22,115 nt of DNA. Source: Campylobacterales bacterium (lineage in GTDB: Bacteria > Campylobacterota > Campylobacteria > Campylobacterales > Sulfurimonadaceae). The position numbers were made by a program, and so were the translations under genes. Location: contig JBBRBK010000033.1 in the NCBI GenBank assembly GCA_038205935.1, positions 1 through 22,115 of the forward strand, given 5' to 3'. This document shows positions 16,229 through 22,115 of the stretch, in pieces. Positions within the stretch are counted from its first letter, which is position 1. The number at the start of each line of letters is the position of its first letter. Under the pieces are notes generated by a model. It was not told the origin of the DNA and did not search any database. It saw only the letters and a program-made list of their open reading frames with translations.

Positions 16229-17416
16229 ACGCCTAGATTTTATCGCCAAGAATGATAAAGTAAGATGCATATAAAAAAGAAGCGCGCTGAGAGGCACTAC
16301 ACTTGACGCTTCTCCGAGCGAGACTAGTTTTATTAACCACCCATCAAAAACCCCTCCAAAACCGCTTGCATGTAAGAGAATACTCAGAGGATAAAAGATA
16401 CTAAAAAGTGCACTCCAGAGAATGGAAAGTGGATGCATCAAAGAAAAAATCTCAAAGATATAGAGTGAAAACGGCAACATCGCAAGATAAACAAAAATGG
16501 AAAGTAAGAAGAAAATAGCCACTTTATTCATTTTTTTGAAATGTACTAAAAATAAAAAGATATAAAAAACTCCACTCGCTGAAAGCCAAAATGCAAGTGA
16601 AAAAAGTAGCTTTGGAAAAAATGCAACAAGGAGTAAAAGTGTCAAAAAAAGTGTCTGCATCGAGATAATCTTCAAACCTCTATCATAGAGAAAATAGCCG
16701 ACGATCAACATCCCAAACGAGCGAATCAATGAGGGCGTAAAATCCAAAAACCAAACATAAGCAAATAAAAAAATCGCTATAACAAGAAATAAATCCCGAT
16801 TGGCAGGTCTATATGGAAAATATCTTCCCGCAATCGGTCTATAAACCCAACCAAAAAGAAAAAACAAAACACCGCTAAGCACTCCCAAATGAAAGCCGCT
16901 AATCGCCATCAAATGACTCACTCCCAGAGATGAGAGTTTTTGACGAAGCTCGAGACTTTGCGGCGCGGCTGTAAAAAGTGCTTTGTAGATTGTCTCTATA
17001 TCTTTATCTTCATGTTGCGCGGCGATGGAGGCATTGAGACGTGATTTAAAACTCTCAGATTCGAGCACGTGAAAATCTGTGCTTTTGGCATAGAAACCTT
17101 TGAGATAGCCCAAAAAATCAAGTCGGCTTAAACTAAACTCTGCACTGACTTCTTTTTCCATCACATCGCCGATACCAAGCCCTTTTGCTGTGTAAATAAC
17201 CACGTCACCGCAATCGAGTTTAAGCATATAATAATCAGAAAAACCGCTTTTTTCGTATTGGTTTAAGACCTTACATGTAAGGCTTACATTTTCTTGTGCA
17301 AGAAACTTTTTATAGGAAAAATATTCATAGGAAAGGGAAAGTAAAAAAATAAAAAAGAAGCCGAGTAAAGCATAAAAAAAGTCACGTCCTCGAAAAAGTT
17401 CTGGACGTGCGATCAT
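16163..17416 (-). CDS. comEC: ComEC/Rec2 competence channel protein (short form without the metallo-beta-lactamase domain)
   Basis: 417 aa. LGVSHLMAISGFHLG, PSLIRS and SLAFWLS Competence-domain motifs; multiple TM segments. Confidence 0.88.
   Translation of the reverse strand: MIARPELFRGRDFFYALLGFFFIFLLSLSYEYFSYKKFLAQENVSLTCKVLNQYEKSGFSDYYMLKLDCGDVVIYTAKGLGIGDVMEKEVSAEFSLSRLDFLGYLKGFYAKSTDFHVLESESFKSRLNASIAAQHEDKDIETIYKALFTAAPQSLELRQKLSSLGVSHLMAISGFHLGVLSGVLFFLFGWVYRPIAGRYFPYRPANRDLFLVIAIFLFAYVWFLDFTPSLIRSFGMLIVGYFLYDRGLKIISMQTLFLTLLLLVAFFPKLLFSLAFWLSASGVFYIFLFLVHFKKMNKVAIFFLLSIFVYLAMLPFSLYIFEIFSLMHPLSILWSALFSIFYPLSILLHASGFGGVFDGWLIKLVSLGEASSVVPLSALLFYMHLTLSFLAIKSRRLFYVLVFESTTIFIYAMQNVA
17269..17282. 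repeat. Iterated palindrome CCTTACATGTAAGG
   Basis: 14-bp palindrome in comEC (LTCK). A one-mismatch copy, CTTGCATGTAAG, lies at 16365-16376. Confidence 0.8.
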
Positions 17417-17419
17417 AAT

Positions 17420-18874
17420 TTAGAGGATGGACATCGATATGGAGTCGTTACCTACATCCACGCTAGCAGAGCGAGTATCGATGTTTTCATAAACAGTTTC
17501 TATCCCTCGTGCAAAAGATGGAGCGTCCACGAAGCGAGTGAGTTTTTTCTGAAACATCAGCTTCACGTGTCCCGTAGGACCATTACGCTGTTTACCGATG
17601 ATGATCTCAGCTTCCTCTTCCTCTTTTTCGACAAACGAACCCTTATACTCTTTACCCTCAGCTTTAGCGGCTTTTTCGCGCTCTTTTTCTTCTTTATAAA
17701 GATACACATCATCGCGGTAAACAAAGAGAATGATATCCGCATCTTGCTCGATAGAACCCGATTCACGGATATCACTAAGCATTGGGCGCTTGTCGTTTCT
17801 TGATTCAAGTCCACGGTTGAGCTGAGAAAGTGCGATGATAGGAATGCCAAGCTCACGCGCAAGCATTTTGAGACCACGAGAGATTTCACTCACTTCCAAG
17901 TGACGATCTTTCCCGCCAGTTCCGCCCATAATCTGCAAGTAATCTATCACGGCAACTTCGATCTCTGGATGTTGATTTTTCAGCTTACGAAGTTTTGAGC
18001 GGAGTTGGTTGATATTGAGAGAACCTTGATCATCGACGAAAAGTTTTGCTCTGTTCATCTTGTCTATCGCACCTGTAAGTCTGCTCCACTCATCATCGTT
18101 CAAGTCCCCGACACGAAGTTTTTGCAAGAAGATAGAAGTTTGGATACTAAGAAGTCTAAGCATCAACTGTTCAGCAGGCATCTCAAGCGAGAAAAATGCA
18201 ACACCTTTTCCTTTTACTATTAAGTTATTGACCGTATTTAAGACGAAAGAAGTTTTTCCCATCGCCGGACGAGCCGCGATAATAACTAAATCCCCTTTTC
18301 CAAAACCTGTCGTCATCTCATTTAATTTATCAAAACCAGTATCCACACCTACGAGCTTGGTATTTCCGCGAGCTTTCATCTCTTTGATATATTCCATCGT
18401 GTCAAAAGTCACGGTTGGAGAGTCTTTAAAGTCACTTGACTGAGAGTTTTGCGTGATTTGATAGAGCTTTTTTTCCACCATATCCACTACATCTTCACTC
18501 GGTAAATCTTCTTCTAAAGTCACACGTTTTATCTCAGTTGTGAGTGTCAAAAGGTGGCGTTTAAGCGATTTATCTTTAAGAACATCGACATACGCTTTAA
18601 TGTTCGCGATAGGATTTGCAGAAAGAATATCAAGCATTACACTCTCATCAAATTTCTTCGCGCGAGAGAGCTCTTTTTTTATAAACTCTTCATCAATTGG
18701 CTCATTTTTTTGCGTTAAAGCGAGCATAGATTTAAAAATATCTTGATGCGCAGGCAGATAAAAATCATCAAATTTTAAAATCGAAGAAAGATCATCAAAT
18801 TGTTTTGGATCAAAGACGATGGAGCTTAGAACTGACTTTTCAAAAGTCAGATTATAGAGATTATTTTCCGTCAT
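17420..18874 (-). CDS. dnaB: Replicative DNA helicase DnaB
   Basis: Likely start ATG 18874 (MTENNL), overlapping the ispG end. [64 protein letters not shown]. Charged insertion after YRDDVY as in epsilonproteobacterial DnaB. Confidence 0.97.
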   Translation of the reverse strand: MTENNLYNLTFEKSVLSSIVFDPKQFDDLSSILKFDDFYLPAHQDIFKSMLALTQKNEPIDEEFIKKELSRAKKFDESVMLDILSANPIANIKAYVDVLKDKSLKRHLLTLTTEIKRVTLEEDLPSEDVVDMVEKKLYQITQNSQSSDFKDSPTVTFDTMEYIKEMKARGNTKLVGVDTGFDKLNEMTTGFGKGDLVIIAARPAMGKTSFVLNTVNNLIVKGKGVAFFSLEMPAEQLMLRLLSIQTSIFLQKLRVGDLNDDEWSRLTGAIDKMNRAKLFVDDQGSLNINQLRSKLRKLKNQHPEIEVAVIDYLQIMGGTGGKDRHLEVSEISRGLKMLARELGIPIIALSQLNRGLESRNDKRPMLSDIRESGSIEQDADIILFVYRDDVYLYKEEKEREKAAKAEGKEYKGSFVEKEEEEAEIIIGKQRNGPTGHVKLMFQKKLTRFVDAPSFARGIETVYENIDTRSASVDVGNDSISMSIL

Positions 18875-19925
18875 TTTCTGCCATCTTTTCAACTTCCATT
18901 ATAAATCTATCTACAAGTTCATGCTCATCTAAGTTCGCAACCACTTCGCCTTTGACCATCACAAGCCCTTTGCCTTTTCCATAAGCAATCGCCACATCTG
19001 CATGTTGCGCTTCGCCAATGGCATTGACCACGCAGCCCATGACCGAGACATTCAGAGGTGTTTTAATGTGCGCCGTTCTTCTTTCTATCTCACTCACGGC
19101 AGTAACCAAATCCGCTTCAATGCGTCCACATGTAGGACAAGAGATGATGTTAAGTCCATCTGGTGCCGCGCCACTGTCTTTTAAAATCGCGCGTCCAACT
19201 TTTATCTCTTCTTCGAGTTCGCCTGTTATGGAAACACGCATCGTATCGCCGATACCATCAAGTAAAAGTGCGCCCAAACCGATGGCGCTCTTCACCGTTG
19301 CATGAAAGATAGTTCCAGCTTCAGTCACACCCAAATGAAACGGATAATGATTTTTTGGACGAAGCATTCTGTATGCATCCACAGTGCGCTGCACATCACT
19401 GGCTTTGAGTGAAATCTTAATATCATCAAATCCAAGGTCTTCTAAAAACTTGATGTTGTACTCAGCGGAAGCCACCATCGCCTCAGCCGTGGGACCATAT
19501 TTATTATCAAACTCTTTTTCTAAACTTCCGGCATTTACACCGATGCGGATAGGAAGATTACGCTCTTGACACGCTTTTACAACTTCACGGACTTTATCTT
19601 TAGAGCCGATATTCCCTGGATTGATACGAATACAGTCCACTACTTCAGCTGCAATGAGAGCGAGTTTATGGTTAAAGTGAATATCCGCAATTAGAGGCAA
19701 TGAAATACGTTCTTTGATCGCTTTTAGAGCAAGAGCATCTTCCATATCTGGAACTGCAACACGCACGATATCACAACCTGCAAAATGCAGTCTGTTTATC
19801 TGCTCCACTGTCGCTTCAACATCACGAGTATTTGAGTAAGTCATCGACTGCACGCTAATAGGCGCATCCCCACCGACGGCTACATTTCCAACATAAATTT
19901 TTTTAGTTTCGTATCTTTTTATCAT
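18861..19925 (-). CDS. ispG: 4-hydroxy-3-methylbut-2-en-1-yl diphosphate synthase (flavodoxin)
   Basis: 354 aa. [57 protein letters not shown] and MGCVVN Fe-S ligands. Confidence 0.97.
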   Translation of the reverse strand: MIKRYETKKIYVGNVAVGGDAPISVQSMTYSNTRDVEATVEQINRLHFAGCDIVRVAVPDMEDALALKAIKERISLPLIADIHFNHKLALIAAEVVDCIRINPGNIGSKDKVREVVKACQERNLPIRIGVNAGSLEKEFDNKYGPTAEAMVASAEYNIKFLEDLGFDDIKISLKASDVQRTVDAYRMLRPKNHYPFHLGVTEAGTIFHATVKSAIGLGALLLDGIGDTMRVSITGELEEEIKVGRAILKDSGAAPDGLNIISCPTCGRIEADLVTAVSEIERRTAHIKTPLNVSVMGCVVNAIGEAQHADVAIAYGKGKGLVMVKGEVVANLDEHELVDRFIMEVEKMAENDGK

Positions 19926-19992
19926 AAGAGGATGATATCTTTTTTGGTCTAAAAAGTTGCTTTTGCTTTTTTGAAAAAAAGGAATGTAAAGA

Positions 19993-20395
19993 CTTCTCTC
20001 ATACTTTTTTCTGCCGAAAAAAAAGTATGCAAAAAAGCTCGTGTCAGCAAGATGGATTTCTTAACGCTTTGTTTCGGTCGCTGCGTCTAAAAATGCAAAA
20101 CTCGTTCTCTTCGTTCTCTCAAACAATTGCATTTTCTTTACGACTCCACTCGGTCAACAAAACTAAAATCCAAAGTGACACACAACGCCGACACAACTAT
20201 TTCGTCAGTTGCAACACCCGCAGAGCCAAGAAATAAAAATGTAATGACGTTAAGAAAATGCAACTGTTTGAACGAAGTGAGTTTTGCATTTTTAGGAATG
20301 GAGTTTTTATTTCTTGGGAACCTAACGAAGTTAGGCTCGAAGCCGTTGCAAGAGCTTTTTGGTACTTTTTTGCGAAGAAAAAAGTATGAGAGAAG
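19993..20395. mobile_element. Non-autonomous MITE/REPIN-like structured repeat (inverted dimer of a ~190-bp hairpin unit)
   Basis: 20-bp perfect terminal IR (19993-20012 / 20376-20395) extending imperfectly to ~48 bp. Internal 17-bp perfect IR (20087-20103 / 20279-20295). Each half folds into its own long hairpin. AAGACTT direct repeat at both ends. No credible ORF. Mobility is inferred. Confidence 0.6.
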
Positions 20396-20432
20396 ACTTA
20401 TAAAAAATCCCCTTTAAAGCATTTACAAAGTA

Positions 20433-20442
20433 TTACATGTAA
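20433..20442. repeat. Iterated palindrome TTACATGTAA (intergenic copy)
   Basis: Perfect 10-mer just downstream of the priA stop. Confidence 0.75.
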
Positions 20443-20452
20443 AAAATAAATA

Positions 20453-22115
20453 TCATGAAAACTCTATAGGATCCATATCTATTTGAGAAAGAGGAGTCTT
20501 ACATGTAAGCAAAGCTTTTATAAGATCGGTGCTTTTTTCAGCTCGTAAAAGCACCATAAAACGGTATTTATCCGCTATCTTTTCTATAGCTGAAGCTCCA
20601 AAACCTATCACTTCTACTGTATTAAAAGATTTCAAATTTTCCACCATACTATTCATCTCATCTTGCGCTTTGATCCCATTTTTGTGAGCAAATAAAACTC
20701 TGGCAAGCTTTTTAAAAGGTGGATAAAAACCTCGGCGAAACTCTAATTCGTCTTTTAAAAATCTTTCGTAGTCATCGATGTAAGCCTCAAAAAATTCACG
20801 ATTAAAAGTCTGAACTATCACTTTTGCCTCTTTTTTTCGTCCGCTTCGTCCAGCGATTTGAACAAGTGAAGAGAGCGCTTTTTCTCTGGCTCTGTAGTCG
20901 CTCATGTTTAGCATATTGTCAAGTCCCAAAACTACTGCCAAAGTCACATCATGATAATCGTGACCTTTAGAGAGCATCTGCGTTCCCACAAGCACGTCTA
21001 TCTCTTTGTCGTTAAAACGCTTCAACGTCTGAATCAATTTGTTTTGCGTGGTTATCACATCCCGGTCAAACTGCTCTACATGCAAAGCTTCGTGATTTTC
21101 TCTCAAGTGCTTTACAGCTTCTGCGGTTCCAAGTCTTGCACTTTTGAGTGCGGGCTCTTTACACTCAGGACAAACCTGAGGAATTTGTGTGGCGAAGTTA
21201 CAGTAGTGACATTTGAGCGTTTTTGTTTTTTGATGCACGCTCATGCCGACACTGCAATATGGACAGAGATATTTATGTCCGCAACTTGAACAGATAAGGT
21301 ACTTAAAATTCGCACGGGTTGGGATAAAAACGATGCTTTGTTCATTTTTTTGTTTCGTTTTTATGATCTCGTTTTCTATCAGCGGCGTTATCGTTTCAAG
21401 AGAGGTTTGATAAATATACTCTTTTTTGGACTCGAAATATCCACCTTTTAAACGAAAAGAGGGAAATTTTGCATAACTTGTAAGTGATGGTGTCGCACTT
21501 CCTAAAACTACTTTTGCGTTATAGAGTTTTCCCATGTAGATCGCCATATCACGGGCATTGTAACGGGGTTTGCTTGATGATTTATAGCTGTCGTCATGCT
21601 CTTCATCAACAACTATCAAACCGATATCATTTAAAGGAACAAAAAGCGCAGACCTTGCACCTGCGACGATATCTACACTTCCTTCACGAATGCGTTTGAG
21701 TATCTTTTCTTTCTGAATCTTCGTAATTTTGGAATGCCACATCACGACACGTTCGCCAAAATGAGCGGTAAGCCTTTGCTCCATTTGCGGTGTAAGCGAA
21801 ATCTCTGGCATTAAAAAAATTGCTCTTTTTCCTTCTTGTATCGCAAGAGAAAAAAGTTTCATATAGATCTCTGTTTTACCGCTTCCTGTGTCTCCAAAAA
21901 GTAAAGCAACATCATTTTTTTGAGTAAACACAACAGCTTCATTTTGTTTACTTGAGAGTTCTATTTTCTCTTGAAAATCAACTAAAACATCCTTACATGT
22001 AAGGGTTTTATCAAAGGGAACAAGTAAAGAAAAAGCCTCTCCAAGGGAGCAAAGATAGTAGTTTGATAAAAAAGTTGCGAGTTTGTTTTGAGGTTTTGAA
22101 AAGTAAAAATCTGTA
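20453..22115 (-). CDS. priA: Primosomal protein N' (replication restart helicase), 5' end beyond the window
   Basis: The frame stays open to the window edge (…NYYLCSLGEAFSLL…). GDTGSGKT, PEISLTPQ, GARSALF, DEEHD, GSATPS, four CxxC pairs, GTQMLSKGHD, QIAGRSGR, YPPF. Confidence 0.96.
   Translation of the reverse strand, partial: TDFYFSKPQNKLATFLSNYYLCSLGEAFSLLVPFDKTLTCKDVLVDFQEKIELSSKQNEAVVFTQKNDVALLFGDTGSGKTEIYMKLFSLAIQEGKRAIFLMPEISLTPQMEQRLTAHFGERVVMWHSKITKIQKEKILKRIREGSVDIVAGARSALFVPLNDIGLIVVDEEHDDSYKSSSKPRYNARDMAIYMGKLYNAKVVLGSATPSLTSYAKFPSFRLKGGYFESKKEYIYQTSLETITPLIENEIIKTKQKNEQSIVFIPTRANFKYLICSSCGHKYLCPYCSVGMSVHQKTKTLKCHYCNFATQIPQVCPECKEPALKSARLGTAEAVKHLRENHEALHVEQFDRDVITTQNKLIQTLKRFNDKEIDVLVGTQMLSKGHDYHDVTLAVVLGLDNMLNMSDYRAREKALSSLVQIAGRSGRKKEAKVIVQTFNREFFEAYIDDYERFLKDELEFRRGFYPPFKKLARVLFAHKNGIKAQDEMNSMVENLKSFNTVEVIGFGASAIEKIADKYRFMVLLRAEKSTDLIKALLTCKTPLSQIDMDPIEFS
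20498..20509. repeat. Iterated palindrome CTTACATGTAAG
   Basis: Perfect 12-mer near the 3' end of priA (LTCK). Confidence 0.8.
21991..22004. repeat. Iterated palindrome CCTTACATGTAAGG
   Basis: 14-bp palindrome in the priA linker region (LTCK). Confidence 0.8.

Noticed and set aside
17620..17710. Charged insertion in the DnaB C-terminal domain as an intein
   Set aside because: Only about 30 aa, with no intein splice motifs. It matches the known epsilonproteobacterial helical insertion.
19993..20395. Element as a CRISPR array, tRNA or known riboswitch
   Set aside because: Repeats are inverted rather than direct with spacers. There is no cloverleaf, no riboswitch consensus I recognise, and no cas genes.
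20027..20417. ORFs 20027..20236 and 20127..20417 as genes or a transposase
   Set aside because: No RBS and no recognisable motifs. They lie within the palindromic element and look like chance open frames.
1360..21699. Numerous 60-127-aa ORFs overlapping the called genes (e.g. 3979..4320, 13176..13550, 18060..18443, 20951..21289)
   Set aside because: Shadow frames, mostly antisense, of well-supported genes, with no motifs or RBS.
1342..22004. TTACATGTAA as a conventional transcription-factor operator
   Set aside because: Nearly all copies lie inside coding regions or at 3' ends rather than in promoters.
21931..22115. priA starting at GTG 21931, or being truncated
   Set aside because: The frame is open to the window edge and encodes PriA-like N-terminal sequence, so the true start lies outside the window.

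Overview
Chromosomal segment of an AT-rich Campylobacterota (epsilonproteobacterial, Sulfurimonas/Sulfuricurvum-like) genome; the taxon is inferred from the DnaB insertion, the short ComEC, and TGnTAnnnT promoters with AAGGA RBSs. From left to right: a candidate ~78-nt minus-strand small RNA; a RhuM-family gene (+); a minus-strand run of double-Cache diguanylate cyclase, phosphomannomutase/phosphoglucomutase, CsgG-like lipoprotein and LPP20 lipoprotein; a divergent REC-REC-GGDEF response regulator (+); a tightly coupled five-gene minus-strand operon (hypothetical, DEDDh exonuclease, BRCT-like/LRV-repeat protein, MoxR-type AAA+ ATPase, DUF2201/VWA protein with a degenerate HExxH); an arsenic module (arsR divergent from a small Cys-rich ORF and arsB); yihY; and the core genes comEC, dnaB, ispG and priA (5'-truncated by the window edge). 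Two features are not explained by the gene annotation. First, a highly iterated palindrome (C)TTACATGTAA(G) is scattered through the window, mostly inside coding sequences (by manual count 13 TACATGTA, 9 TTACATGTAA, 6 CTTACATGTAAG). Second, a ~400-bp non-coding, highly self-complementary element between ispG and priA is built as an inverted dimer with 20-bp perfect terminal inverted repeats. All calls come from reading the sequence by eye; no database searches were run.
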